Positions 1 to 59,784 of a DNA stretch of 64,000 nt are shown here, piece by piece. The notes under the pieces were generated by a model, which did not search any database, was not told the origin of the DNA, and saw nothing but the letters and a program-made list of their open reading frames with translations. Origin of the DNA: the human T2T-CHM13v2.0 reference genome, Homo sapiens. The stretch is taken from NCBI RefSeq assembly GCF_009914755.1, contig NC_060934.1. One strand, written 5' to 3'. Each line of letters opens with the position of its first letter. Position 1 is the stretch's first letter. Both the position numbers and the translations under genes were made by a program.

Positions 1-671
1 GAACCATCATTTCCTCTCAGGAACCCACCGCCCTGCTCTCTAACACCACAGCAAACACAGTGCCACTGATCCTATGTCTGCTTGTCATTTAACACAGTAT
101 GATTTTATGATCACTTTCATACAACAATCAGACCATTATATAAAAAACTCCATAGAAAGTATAAAACACTTCAGAAATGCAAGTCATTAGCAGTATTTCT
201 CTCTCTAAGATTATTGCCAAGCTGGCTGTTCAACATATTAGCATTATTTCTTTTTCACAAAGAAAACAGTTTAAAATAAGAATTAGAGGGAAAAAGTCAA
301 ACCAGGAAAAAAATAATTTTTTTCAAACTGTCTTTTTCATATATATTACACATATAAATACGTGTGTATATACACACAGTATCTATACCAAAATAAATTT
401 TACCATCAGGCTCCTTTTATGCCATCTTTATAATTAGAAAAGAATTTCAAGGTTGTTTTTTATTACAAAATTGCTAAGTCTTATTTTATGAGAGTCCTAA
501 ACAGAACCTATTGAACTTGGTAATTGACAACAGCCCAGTGAAGTCTTTCAAGATAATGGAAAGCAATAAACTCTTTCCCCTGAAGTACAAGGGCAGAGTA
601 TAATAAATTCAGAATGACTCTGGTATGGTTCTACTGGGGTACAGTGTATCATACAAGATATTAATAGCTAG

Positions 672-1550
<879 letters not shown>

Positions 1551-1981
1551 AAAAGTTACCCTAGTATTCTCCAGATGACTCAATATTACATCTTTAGTTT
1601 AAAATTTAATTTCTTATTATACATTGATCATAAGAGTGAACACTTGAGGTATGATGTGCCACAGAAGTGCTAAAGAATCAGCAAGTAATAGTCTACAGAA
1701 ACCATGTCTCCACTACGGGTATTTAAGCTCCTATGAAGGTCACCAAACAAATGACATTGTCTTTTATGAGCACTTTTGTGGGTGGTGCACATAATGTTCT
1801 GCCAAACGGAATTTTTACTTGTGTTCTACTGGAACATGAAGTAGGCAATTAAGGGAAAATACCTCATTCTAGCAAAAACATTTTATAAAATGCTCCTTGT
1901 TTTTAGAAGAACTTAAAGAAACAATAGCTTTAAAAAACCTGGTTATTTTGGATACAGGATGAATAGATCTTTAAAACCTAC

Positions 1982-46173
<44,192 letters not shown>

Positions 46174-46909
46174 CCCCGCGCCTCAGCCGCCGCAGCCCCG
46201 GAGCTAGGCCTGCCGGTCCGTCGCTCCTCCTCCCTCCATCGCGCCGCTCCCTCAGCCTCTGGTTCCGCGGCGTTTCAGTTCCCCCGTCTCCTACCGCTCC
46301 AGGCTCAGGGCTTCAGAGGGCCTCGCGGCCTGGGGGTTGGCAAGGGTCTAGAGGGGAACAAAGGACGGAAAACAATAAGGCTTCCCGAATGAATGGCAGC
46401 CACTCTGTAGCCTGATTTACGCTCCATTTCCTTCTTTGGTGTCAGGGGCCTTGATTGGAAAAGAAATCCAGAGTTCAGTAAAGGGGAGAAAACTGCCTTG
46501 GTTTCCAAGTGAATTAACACTGGTTAGAAGCCAGAAAAAAATCATTTTTCAGACAAGCTGCTTTTCTGTCACTTAGAAGCCTGAACATTCAAACATTCTT
46601 TCCACAGTGTGCCTTGTTTCCTGCCTGCCCTGGGTCAATAGAGAGAAATTAGACCAGCCTCTCTCCTAGAGAAGATTCCAGAATTATAAGTAAGGACACA
46701 AGTCCACTCGCAGCAGAGAAAGCCCTGTGTGCGTGCTGATAATACAGAGGATGTTTGTTGTGTCTATTAGTGGGGTTAATTATGTTTTAGCTCGGAAATT
46801 ACACCTACATAGAATACACAGTGAATATCATGTAGGATTATTTATGGGTCTTTAAGTGCTATGGCCTTGATTCCTCAGGATGATCCAGTAACCAACTGTT
46901 AGAGGCTCA

Positions 46910-47807
46910 TGTTGACGAAAAAAGCCAAACTCCGTAAAATGTTTGAAGAGGTTTATTCTGAGCACAAGGTGAGGACCGTGACCCATGACACAACCCCACA
47001 GGGTCCTGACAACATGTACCCAAGGTGGTTGGGCTACAGCTTGGGATTATATGGTTTTAGGGAGACATAAGGACATTAACTGGTATATGGAAGGTGTACT
47101 TAGTTTGGTCCATAAAGATGGGACAACTCAAAAAGGGGAAGGATTCCAGGTTACAGGTGGATTCAAAGATTTTCTGATTGGCAGTTGGTTGAAAGAGTTA
47201 AGTTGTGACCTAAAGACCTGGAATCAATAGAAAGGAATGTGTCTGGGTTAAGATAAGGTGGAGACCAAGGTTCTTATTATGTAGACGAAGTCTCATACGT
47301 AACAGGCTTCAGAGAGAATAATTGGCAAATGTCTCTTATCATGTGTAAAAAGATGCCAGACTCTTAGTTAAATATCTCTTGGATCAGGAAAAGACCTGGA
47401 AAGGGAACCTTTCCCTTTCTCTATAGAATGTAGATTTTCCCCACAAGAGATGGCTGTGTAGGGCCATTTCAAAAAGTGTCAAAGAAATTTATTTTAGGGT
47501 AAAATGCTTTGATTTAGGGCCTGCTATCTTTCATGTGATGCTATACTAGAGTCATGTTGGAATTTTGGTATCTTATTGCTAAGAAGAGTCTGTTATGTCG
47601 GTATGAAGATCTCTTGTTTTAATATTAATACTGGTCAGTTGTGCCTGAACTCCAAAGAGAGGCAAGTATAATGAGGCATGTCTGACTTCCCTTTCCCAGC
47701 ATGGCCTGAACTAGTTTTTCAAGTTTCTTTGGAATCCGCTTGGTGGAGGTGTTCACTCAGTCAGTTGGGGGGAGCTTAGAAATTTTGTGGGGGGAGCGGT
47801 GTTTACA
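46910..47807 (-). mobile_element. MER4-family (MER4D/E-like) ERV1 solo LTR
   Basis: TGTTGACG...TTTATTCTGAG...ACATGTACCCAAGGTGG...GCTTAGAAATTTTG...GTTTACA; TSD CTCA/GTCA. Confidence 0.85.
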
Positions 47808-50312
47808 GTCAATTATAAATAAAAATAATGTACCCATATGGAGGATAGAAAATGTTCCCGTTGTGAAGTGTTTTTCTCTTTGTTCCCAACACTGCCACAG
47901 GTTTTTGTTAGGGGGAACTTGGGGGTACCACTTGTAATAACAATAACTGATTTGTTAGAAATGTTGCATGCCTGCTAATGTAATGCTGTTAACAAATAAA
48001 AGTATAACCACTGCATCCAAATTATAGCATTCACTGGTTCCTTTTGATGTGGTCTATGAAATTAACTTTTTAAATTGTACATGTGCATTGGCCACGTGCT
48101 TTGCTTTTTGTTAGTCACTTTCAGATAAGAAGAGGTGTATGGTAGAAAGATACCAGATAACTCAGCTTTAGCCCTGGCGTTGCCAGTTAACTGATTGTGT
48201 GACTTTGAGATGACCCTGGTTTCCTCATCTGTAAGATAAAGCAGAAGGGAACAGAAAGAGATGGATTGTTGAGGGTGTTTTAGTTCCAAGAAATGAATTC
48301 ATGGCTGAATTCAAATTAGAAAAAATGAGACCTGATTTGGCAACCTGTTAATTATTTATTGAATTTGAAATATGTAGAAAGAAGACTTGTTACCTGCTTT
48401 AAGCAAATGTACTCTTAAACTAACTCAGCTTACAGAAACCATGTACACACTGACATATGTATAATGCATGAAGCAAACTTTTTAAATATTTATTACATAT
48501 AGTACCAGAAATAAACATCAGTACATAAAATGTAAAGGGAACTATATAGTCACAGTGATTTATATATAGCCAAAAACCAATATATTAAACAAATCTGGAA
48601 TTTTCAGCATTCGTGCTATAAATCAAAATAAATGTGACAAAAGACCTTACCTGTAGGGGAGGGACAGTACAGACACATGGCAGAGTTAATGAAAAATACC
48701 AACCTCCTGAGAGGAAGGAGCCTCAAACCCCTTCCCCACACAGGCTGATTACAAACTGTTTACTCTGATACTTAAGGATCTTCACGGTATAGCCCTGAAC
48801 TTACTTTTCTTCCTTAACTTTTTTCTCTTCTTGAACTCTGCTGTAAATGAAACTACTTGGTGTTCCCCAAACATGCTCTTCAGTTCACTTCTCTGCTTGT
48901 GTTCTTTCCCTTCTCTAGAAATCTCCTAGACTTCTTTAAGACCTATACTTCAAGTGGAACCTTCCTTCTAGACTCCCAGCCTAAAATATCCTGACACATT
49001 GCAACTCCTAGGTCTCCCTCATCTTCTGAAATACAGATCACCCTTGTACTTGTCATTCAATCCTTCCAGTTATTCTAGCCCAATTGTCACCTCATATGTG
49101 CCACATCTTTATGTATTATTTCCTCTCTAAGGCTTATCTCGTGATAATTATTTCAAGAATGAAAACTCTCTCCATAATCATAATTTACAACTATCTCCAT
49201 GGAAGCATCTGTAGATATTAGGCCCCCTGGGATTATGTATGCAAATGTCTTCCAATCACTGGCACAAATTACATGATTTGGTGGAAGAGTGGGAGGGCTG
49301 GTGGAGGTGGTACACAATAGGGAGTAGCTGAGGAGAAAAGTGAGGTGAGCAGAATGAAAGTAAATATTGATTACTTTTTCCGAAAGCAAATCCCGAAGGC
49401 TCATAAGAGAGAAGAAAAACTCTCTAGTCCCATAATTTCCCATAAAGTCATCCTCAATGATATGTACAATACTATTTATATTTTAATTAGAGAAACTAGA
49501 CATACTTTTAAAAAAGCAAGCAAATATCAAAACTGGAATGTTAGTATATTTACTACATTTTCTCTAAAAGCAGAAAATGCATTTCTTTAAAAAAAAAAAC
49601 ATTAATTAACACCTGGAAAATAAAGGCACATATAAAGCATATCAGAAATAATTAAGGGGCACATCACAATACTAAGGACCATAGTAAAAGAGTAATAGCA
49701 CACACTCAATTATTGAAGGCACTGGGCTTGGAATCTAATGACATTTTTATCTTCTACCCTTATGTGTTCTTTCACTGATCATTAATATCTAATTAAATGA
49801 AATAAAGTTTTCCAAGTGCTGAAAATGCTTTTTCAATCATCTTTGAATTTCCGTGATCCAGGCCACTCTCTTTCTCAGCAAAACATGATGTGGATTCCTA
49901 TACAGGCTCGCTTACAGTCTGAGGACACCCTGCTTATGCCAATTTCAGTCATGAATAAGTTGCATTCTGGCTTTATACCAAAAAAGAAGGTCTTTATGAA
50001 TTGAATGGAAAAAGAAAAAGTCATATGAGAAGAAACTGACTATAAGAAATGTCCTCAAGAGAGTAAATTTTACAAATTTGAATTGGAAAGGCCAACAGAG
50101 CTCATTTACCACTTCTGAGCTCCCACTTATTTGAGAATGCCTTCTACTATTTTCCTGATCCATGGGCAATAAGCCTCAGCTTGCAAACTGCTAATGAAAT
50201 GTTTCATGGTGAACAGCTGGAATTATTAGAAAATTCTTCCTTATAGTCTCCTAAATTCCAGTTTCTTTTAGATGTGCCCTCTGCACTGATTTTAAAGAAT
50301 TATTCCTCTTCT

Positions 50313-50753
<441 letters not shown>

Positions 50754-50779
50754 TATTTTTTCTCTTCTATAATGATTTG

Positions 50780-50995
50780 CTTTGTGGTTAAGAATGCAAG
50801 CTTCAGAGCCACAGTGTAGACAGGAAGCACATGTCTGCTGCTGCTTCTCCCTAGCTAGGTGACGTGGAGAAAGTCACTACATCCTTTTTTGAGCCAAAGT
50901 GCACCTCTAAAATGTATAAATAATAGGACATGCAGTTGCTATGAAGATTAAAAGCACTTAGCCCGGTGCCTAGCACAATACAAATAAATGTATGT
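50780..50995 (+). mobile_element. MIR
   Basis: gtggttaagaatgcaagct...aaagcacttagcccggtgcctagcaca. Confidence 0.6.
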
Positions 50996-51602
50996 TAAAT
51001 AAAGAGTGCCTGTGCAATGACATCCTCTAAGTGATGCATTCTCAGTCCTGTCGGCTATGAACTATCACATGGCATGATTCAGATCCCTCGCATTAGTCAC
51101 AGTCCAGCTTGGTGATACCCATTTTAGGAGCCAACACTGCATGAAACAAACTGAACATAGATCAGCATATGGTAGAGCGAACCAGATGGCTACAGACATT
51201 CAAGGGCTCTAGGGCAGCTTTAGGCCCTGTAGGAAGTGTTCAGGGTTCCTCGGCTTAGACCATCGTGGAGTAAAGACTGAAAGTCTGGAAGCTACCTCAG
51301 CCCTGACCGAGTAGGTGCTGAGCATGGAAATAAAGAAGTCAGACAATAGACAGCAGAATTCATAGTAAAATACATACCGCTTAACTCTTAACTTCCAGAA
51401 GAACCAGGATTGCTGTGAAGGCCAGAGCTACAGCTCTGACAATCTTCGGGGAAAATTTTTTCAGTGACCTTAACCAGGATGCATGAACTGGGGAGATCTG
51501 GGGTGCAGAGGAGGGGAACCTATCTTATAGCAGCTAGTCATGTGTTGACTCTTTCATACACTAGGCACTGAGGAGATTTGCAATTAAAAAAATTTAAAAA
51601 GC

Positions 51603-51712
51603 AGCCGGAGTGGTGGATCTTGCCTGTAATCCCAGCACTTTGGGAGGCCTGGATGACAGAGCGAGACTCTGTCTCAAAACACAAACAAGCAAGCAAGCAA
51701 ACAAACAAAAAA
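51603..51712 (+). mobile_element. Internally deleted Alu (head fused to tail)
   Basis: ...CAGCACTTTGGGAGG|CCTGGATGACAGAGCGAGACTCTGTCTC followed by a (CAAA/CAAG)n tail. Confidence 0.9.
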
Positions 51713-51829
51713 CTTACAAAGTGCAAAACTTTATAATCTATTTCAGGCCATAAAAGTGCCAATAGTAAAAAATGCAATTGAATACTTTCATTTCCTAAGC
51801 ATAGGGGATTTTTTCTAATTTAATTGATT

Positions 51830-52003
51830 CTCACTATCCAATAGGATAACCAGTAGCCACATTTGGTAAATTAAGTTTAAATTAATTTAATTAACATTAA
51901 AATTGGACTAATTATACTAGGCATATACCAAGCGCTCCGTATTGCTCAGCACAGATGTAGAATATTTCCATCATCACAGAAAGTTCTATTGGGCAGAGCT
52001 GCT
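51830..52003 (-). mobile_element. MER3/MER33-like hAT-Charlie DNA transposon
   Basis: tccaatag...tagccacat...tttccatcatcacagaaagttctattgggcag. Confidence 0.75.
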
Positions 52004-52110
52004 ATGCAGTGATGGTCCCTTTTAGTTACAGCCTTTATTAATAGCCCATCAATAAATGACCAGTGTTGGAATGTGTGCATCAATTATTGCATACTGAGCA
52101 CCAATTTTAA

Positions 52111-52629
<519 letters not shown>

Positions 52630-53546
52630 AGAAGTAGTACTTTTCTGTTATAAAGTATATTCTAGTGACTTCTGACTGTGAATAATGTTATCTTACACTT
52701 ATCTCAGAAGGAATAAAAAGAAAACATGTTTTTAAAAATTAGGATCATGAATCATGAATAAAGTTAATTATAGATTTTCTGCCAAATAAAATAGAAACCA
52801 TGCCGTTTGCCTCATACTTTACCATTTCAAACTACTCATAGATTTTTAACATGGATTTTGCTCTTGGAGGCTCATTCTGAAATTCTCAATTTAAAAATAT
52901 TTTGCAGCAAATTTAAAAGATGATGTTTCAAAGTAAATATAGTGGGATCCATTCTTTAAAACTGCTTTCTTAACTTCACAGAAAATTAGAACTAGAAAGT
53001 ATCTTAAGGACTATTTGATACACTGTTTTTTAAACTATTTTTAGAGATAAAGCCTTTTGTTCAAACCAAATCTCCTCTGGAATGGGGAGCAAAGATAGAG
53101 AGGTAGAGCAACAGCTACACTGTAACTTAGTATAAAAGATACTAAGTAGACTCAGTTGGTCCTGCCTGCTGCCCCTCTACACCCAGGCAAGGCCAGGGAT
53201 CTAAACCAAAGCAATCATAGGAGCCACAATATGTCACTTCCTGAGAGCAGGCTGACCTGAGGACTGAGGGGAACTTCAGAGATCTATGAAGCAAACTTGA
53301 TCTGATATGGTAATGCATGCTATAAAAGCCAGACAAAAATGTTAACATAGCTGCACAAAATAGAGACTATCTCAGAAACTAATGTTTAACATTGATAACA
53401 GATCCCCTGCCCAATCACTCCTGCAAAGACAGCTTGATACAGGACAAAGAATATGGTCCTTAGAACTAGATGGATTACCATGGATCCTGCCTCAAATACT
53501 CCCTTTCTTCACATATTAAACGGGAAATATTTGATAACAAGGTAAC

Positions 53547-53780
53547 TGTGTGTGTATATATATATCATGTGTAAATAATTGTACACATATCAATTATATA
53601 TGTGTACATATCAATATATACATATATCATTTATATGTGTACATACCTATATATACAATGTGTGTATATAGACAATGTATATATGTACATTTCAATATAA
53701 ACACAATGTATATAAGTGTGTATATATGTATATATATCAGTATATACATATGTACACACACACACTGATAGATATATATC
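53547..53780. repeat. Degenerate (TA)n/(TG)n/(CA)n low-complexity tract
   Basis: Direct reading. Confidence 0.85.
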
Positions 53781-55439
53781 AATAATGTGCCTAGAACAAT
53801 AAATACTGGTTTCCTTTCACTTTCTGAACAACTTTGTCATAATATAGAACCCATTTCTTCTAACAATAGGGAGAATTATTTTCCTAGTATGTTTTCATAA
53901 AGGGTATACTACCAAGAGATTAATTTGCATATTGCCTAACAAGATGTCTTTCTGTATTGTTTTCTATTATAGCCTTCAATCTTTTCAGGTGGAAAAACAC
54001 GACCCATGTTGAGAATATAGGAGACAGAATTTAGTACCTTGGAGAGCTGTTAGTACTTTGCTCCTTTTCTCTTGTAATTTATCTGAACATTTAGAACTGC
54101 TCAAGGTAACCAAAGAACACAAATCAGACCTACTCACACCAGGAAAGGGAAAACACACATACACATACACACATACACAGGCACACACTCCTTCATAGTC
54201 TTTTTTCTGCATTGCTACATCATCAGAACTGATAAACTAAAACCCAGAAAAAATTCAAAGACAAAGACTTTTAATTTTACCCTACTTAGGTACTAGTTTA
54301 GGTAGACAACAGTATCACTTAGAATTGTTCTCATATGATCCAATAATGACAAATATAACTAAAATGTAATAACACTTTCATAGTACTGCCATGACTGTAT
54401 CTATTCACTCTGTAAGAAAAAAACTTCCTATTATTTAAAATTATTAAAACGTTTCTTGTCAGTTTCAAGTCACTTACGTGAGCATATTACAACATACAAG
54501 CACATTTCATTTTTCAAACTTTCTCCTCTAGCCTCATGCTCTAGAGGCTGTCAACCTTTACTTTACAGAGTTAAACTTATTCCTGCAGATCAAGACTAAA
54601 ATGTTTTATTTCCATCTAAGGTAATTACTGCTAAGTTAAAATGTATAAATCCTCCAATGGGATTGGTACTATGTTTAGTCACTCAGAGAATACTGGCTGA
54701 TGAAAATAGACCACATTCCAAAAGACAGAAAAAGTATGTTTGACTAATAGGAAAATCATAATAACACAATAATGACTTGTATGTTTCAAATAACTTTATA
54801 AATGTTTAAAATGCTTATTAACCCATTTTAGACCTATCGGCTTTTCTTTCTTAATATTCACTTTTTTACAAATAAAAAGTAGAAAACTTCATGTCATTTG
54901 CTCAAAGTCACATAAGTTAACATTCTGCAGGTTAACAGATTTATTTGCAAATCACACAAACATATTTTTAAAAGAAGGGAATTTAGACGGTAACACTAGT
55001 TTTTTGAGGAAAAAATAGGCTGGAACTCATCAAATAAAAATGAAAGGGAGTTAGTATATATTTGAGGAAGGATTTCATATTAGGAGTTAGACAGGATTCT
55101 GGTTAGGAAAGAATGTCAGGAATCTGCATGTCTTTTTTTTTTTTTCTCCTTTCATTTTAGGACCAAATCCTAGAATAGAGTGAAAAAAGAATGCAACAAA
55201 CAGCATTATTTATATATCTTTGCACAGTTTTAAAATCAAAAAGCAGTTTTATCGTGTTACTTGTTCCCTCGAGAGATGAGGCATTATTATTTGGAAAATA
55301 AATTTTTGATTATCACCTAAAGTGAAAGGGACTTAATAAACAAACATTGGAAAAGCCCAAAGTACTGAAAGCTCAATATAACTGCAAGAGTCTCTCTTCT
55401 GACCATTTTTTCTCTTTTTTGCTAATAGTAAAATAGGCA

Positions 55440-55687
55440 TGCAGTTGTGCGACCTCAGCTCACTGCAACCTCCACCTCCTGGATTCAAGTGATTCTCCTG
55501 CCTCAGCCTCCTGAGTAGGCTGGGACTATAGGCATGCACCACCACACCTGGCTAATTTTTGTATTTTTGGTAGAGACGGGTTTCATCATGTTGGCCAGAC
55601 TGGCCTTAAACTCGTGACCTTAACTGTTCTGCCTTTCTTGGCCTCCCAAAATGCTGGGATTACAGGTGTCAGCCACCGTGCCTGACC
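55440..55687 (-). mobile_element. AluS lacking its 3' end
   Basis: Alu consensus from GCAGTTGTGCGACCTCAGC to CCTGACC. Confidence 0.9.
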
Positions 55688-56574
55688 ATAGCTAACATTT
55701 TGAGGTTTCTCCCCCATAGTCTTTGAACTAATTGTATTTTACCCAAATCAGAATCTTATTGCATATGTTTTATACCTAGCTCTTTTTCACCTAATATGTT
55801 ATCATTATCAGTTCTGTACTTCATTAAACACATCAAAGATATATACCCTTTTTAAATGCTGACTTTATTTTTCTGAATTTTAAAAATAATACATGCTAAT
55901 TTCCAGGGGTAAAACAAATTACAAAAGTATACAAAAATTAAAGGCACTTCCTTCTGTTAACCTTGATTCCATCCTCCCCCTTAAAAAAAATTTTAAGTTT
56001 GTTGAATGTCTTTTAATAAAGATGTTTATTTCCAAAACTATGATGAGGCAGTCGCAGACATTTTTGACATGAGCTCAGAGTTGTACGCATATGTTTATGT
56101 GGAGTTTTCATATTTAAAAATATTTATGCCTGAAGTGCAAAAAATAATAATTTAAAGAAAATACATAATACATTTTGTTTAATTTGTCTTAAGACTGATG
56201 TATTTTATATACATGGGAATCTGGAATCATCTTACAACTGAGAAAAGTTAGCAGTTAACTTCCTCTGAACGTTACATTTTAAACACATTTTAGCTCCCAA
56301 AACAATATGTCAGGCCTCAGATACGCACTCTTTCAAAATTCTGCCTATGAGGAAAATACTAAATATGAACATTTCAAAAATAATTCACCTTTAAAGCTCT
56401 ATTTTGTGATTAGACTGAGTACCATGAAAGTCATTATTACAACCCTTGCGTGTGTAAAGCATCTTCTCCTCAGCAGCCTCACCTCCTACAGGATGATGGC
56501 CTGTAAAGTCAGGGCATCCACAAAGTGATTTATTCCCCCTTTTACCTTTAATATGGCGCTATAGACCACATTTT

Positions 56575-56878
56575 GGCCATTGCAGTGCAGTAGCTCAGGT
56601 CTACAATCCCAGTGTTTTGGGAAACCAGAACAGCAGGATCCCTTGAGGCCAGAAGTTAAAGACCAGCCTTTAAACAAAACAAAACAAAACAAAACAAAAA
56701 AATTTCATTAGCCAGGTGTGGGGGTGTGTGCCTGTAGTCCCAGGTACTCAGGAGGCTGAGGCAGGAGGATCACTTGAGCCAAGGAGTTTGAGGCTGCAGT
56801 GAGCTATCATTGTACCACTGCACTCCAGCCTGGGTGACCAGTGAGACCTGTCTCTCAAAAAGAAAAAGGAAAAAAAAA
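56575..56878 (+). mobile_element. AluJ with a (CAAAA)n-expanded linker
   Basis: Diverged left arm, J-type right arm. Confidence 0.9.
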
Positions 56879-57381
56879 TGAGTATATTTTGCCTAAGGTA
56901 CCCAAACACTAGAAACATATTCCAAAGTGAAATATAGCAGTATAATGCAAGTTTTCCAAAGGAAGGGGGGCAGAAATAGTTACATAATTCTTACAACCAT
57001 ATACTTATGTTGAAGGTATAAAAGAGTTGAAGATTCTTGAAGACAAAGAGAAGGTCTTTGGAGAAAGTTATCAGCATGCTATAGAGGCTGTCTGCTTCTC
57101 ACCTCAAGCCTGAGACAAGGAGATTCAGAGAACCACCGAGAGAGTTTAAAATGTAACCATCTAACCTTTGAGTTTGGGGAGGCAAAGTAATTCCCTTGGA
57201 TAGATCTGAGCCATACAAGACAGAAAGCTGTCTTAAGCCCTGTTCAAGGGGTCACTCACAAGAAAAAAAGGTGTCATGCAAAAAGGAACAAGGGGTATAC
57301 CACTGAATGACTCCTAGGGGCTGTGGCAGCAGTCACAGAGAAGCAGGACACAAGGGCATGTCTGCATGTCAGGGAAGCTTT

Positions 57382-57399
57382 GAGAAAGAGAAAGAGAGG

Positions 57400-57449
<50 letters not shown>

Positions 57450-57452
57450 AGA
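57382..57452. repeat. (GA)n polypurine microsatellite
   Basis: Direct reading. Confidence 0.95.
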
Positions 57453-58261
57453 AAACCCCAAAGAAGCACCTGCTAGAAAAAGGGCCAGCTTTGAGCATAT
57501 GCCAAACCTTGAGGTGTAAACACCAGATCACCAATAGCCCTTGTCAAGTAAGAGTTTTCTTATCTCCTGCACCTCTTTCCCTCTGTGAGCTCTAATCCTG
57601 CAGTGGCAAGAAACCTTAGTTAGCAAAATGAGGAAAGAGGAAGGGAGGCACCTAAGTAGGGAGAGTGAGAAACCCAGGACTTCCCTTTCCTAAGGCACAG
57701 TCAAGCCATGGGAGGGAGGATATTAACTCTTGGGCAAGATTGAAATTTTGAAAGTTACATACATGTAAGCGTTGTAAATTACTATGATCACTTTTCTCCT
57801 TAGAAGTGATCAAAGAATGGTTTGGTTTTAATAAATGACTGGAAAAGTCACAGGAGCTGCACAAATTTTCATTTGTAAAATGATCGTTTATCAACTGCTC
57901 TCTTGTCTTCTTATTCCTTCCTGCCCTTGGTTTTTGGACACAGGTTCTTTTTTCTCCTCTTTATGCCATAGTTTAATAATATCATCACCAACCATCAACA
58001 CTTATTGAGGATTTACTCTAGGCCAGACAATCGATTATGTATTTTATATACATTTCTCATTTCATGCACATACAACTGTTATTATCACCTCCATTTTTTA
58101 TATCAAGAAAATGAGGCTCTTCCAAGGTAGCATAATTACTAAGCATAGGAGCTGAGAAATTTACCTTGGGGACTCTGACTCCAGAGTCCCACTTTTTTTC
58201 CCTGAAAGAATGAATGAAATGTATTTTCTCAGTTCAAAGGACACAAAGTATCAAATTTGCC

Positions 58262-58552
58262 TTTTTTTTTAAACAAACTCTGTCTTCCAGACCGGAGTGC
58301 AGTGGCATGATCATAGCTTACTGCTCACTGCAGCCTAGTCCTCCAGGGCTTAAGTGATCCTCCCACCTCAGCCTCCTGAGTGACTGGTACTACAGGCATG
58401 CAACACCATGCCCAGCTAATTTTTAAAAATTTTTCATAGAGATAGGTTTTTGCTATGTTGCCCAGGCTGGTCTTGAATTCCTGAGCTCAGGTGATCCTCC
58501 CACTTCAGCATCTTGAAGTGCTAAAATTATAGGCATGAGCCACCAGACTTGC
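58262..58552 (-). mobile_element. AluJ
   Basis: GATCCTCCCACCTCAGCC and TTGCTATGTTGCCCAGG diagnostics. Confidence 0.92.
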
Positions 58553-58800
58553 TTTCTTTAATAAAACAGAGCTCTCAAAAAAATGGATCTCCCCCATCTC
58601 ATGAGAAAATTGAAACATTCCACTGAAGGAGAATTAACAGAAAAGTAAACATAGCTACTTTTTGTAATCAGAAAACTTGCTGATGTATACTCTTATTCCA
58701 AACCCCTGGATGATGTCATTATGTCAACAGTCCTTTAGGATTCCTCAACCCAGACATAAAATAACAGTCAGAGCACTAGCATATCCAAAAATGGTATTGC

Positions 58801-58806
58801 TTTATT
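58801..58806 (-). terminator. Candidate polyadenylation signal AATAAA (VIM-AS1)
   Basis: TTTATT on the plus strand near the recalled transcript end. Confidence 0.55.
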
Positions 58807-59608
58807 TTTTAAAAATATATTTCTTTTTTGAAATATCAATCGAATCAATTTTATTCTCACAACAATCCTGAGTAAATATTTTTAAAAAATATATTTTTTG
58901 AGGAAACAGATTAAAAGCTTTAAAAAATGTGATTCACTGAAAATCAAATAGTGAATACATGATAGAGTCAGCACTAAAAAGGCAGATATATCAAAGAGAG
59001 ACTGAAATAAGCAACTCATTTTTTGCATCGACTTCGAAACACCTCTTTACCATCAGTGTTTGTAATAATCATTCTTGATCTTTATACTTCACATTTCTTG
59101 GTAATCCAAATGCTTCATAAATTCTCTTACACATCCTGAATCTCTTGCTTCATTCAGCGAGATAATTCCTGGTGAGCAGGAATGCATATGGTTTTCAGAT
59201 GTAGAAACTGGGATCTCCAGAGACAAACAAGTTGGCCATGGCAATGGGATACAATAATCTTATAGGATTTTACAAACCTGATTTGAAGTTTTGTCCTAAT
59301 ATGGAAAGGTATGCCTTTTCTCACTAGAGAGATTATTCTAGAATTTTAGAGCCATACCAACATATTTCACGGTAACCTAGTGATCTGGATTGCCCCTCTC
59401 TGAGAAAGCAAAGATTCTGCAAGCAATTAGTCCTTCAAATCAAATTCCTGGCTTTTACAAACTGCTTCTCTTTTGAATTCCAAAAGTTAACTAATTCTTT
59501 TCTATCTATTCTTCATTTCCTCATAAGCGAACACTCACCAGTTTCCCCATTTTCCAACCCTATGGTTTTCTTATTCTACGTGGCCACAGACAGGAACAAT
59601 TCACTAGC

Positions 59609-59784
59609 ACAGTGGTTCTCAGAATCACCTGGTAAGTCTTGTAAAAACACAAATTGCTGGGCCCCACGTACTCCCAGAGTTTCACATTCAGTTGGTCTAA
59701 AGTGGGGCCTAACAGTTGGAATTTCTAACAAATTATCCGGTGATGCTGATGCTACAGGTCTGAGTAGCACATTTGGAAAATCAC
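59609..59784. mobile_element. MER5A hAT-Charlie DNA transposon
   Basis: CAGTGGTTCTC...AGAATCACCTGG...GCTGGGCCCCAC...TTTCTAACAA...GGTGATGCTGATGCT...AATCACT. Confidence 0.85.

Noticed and set aside
57274-57595. RE/SL-rich ORFs
   Set aside because: Translation of the (GA)n microsatellite.
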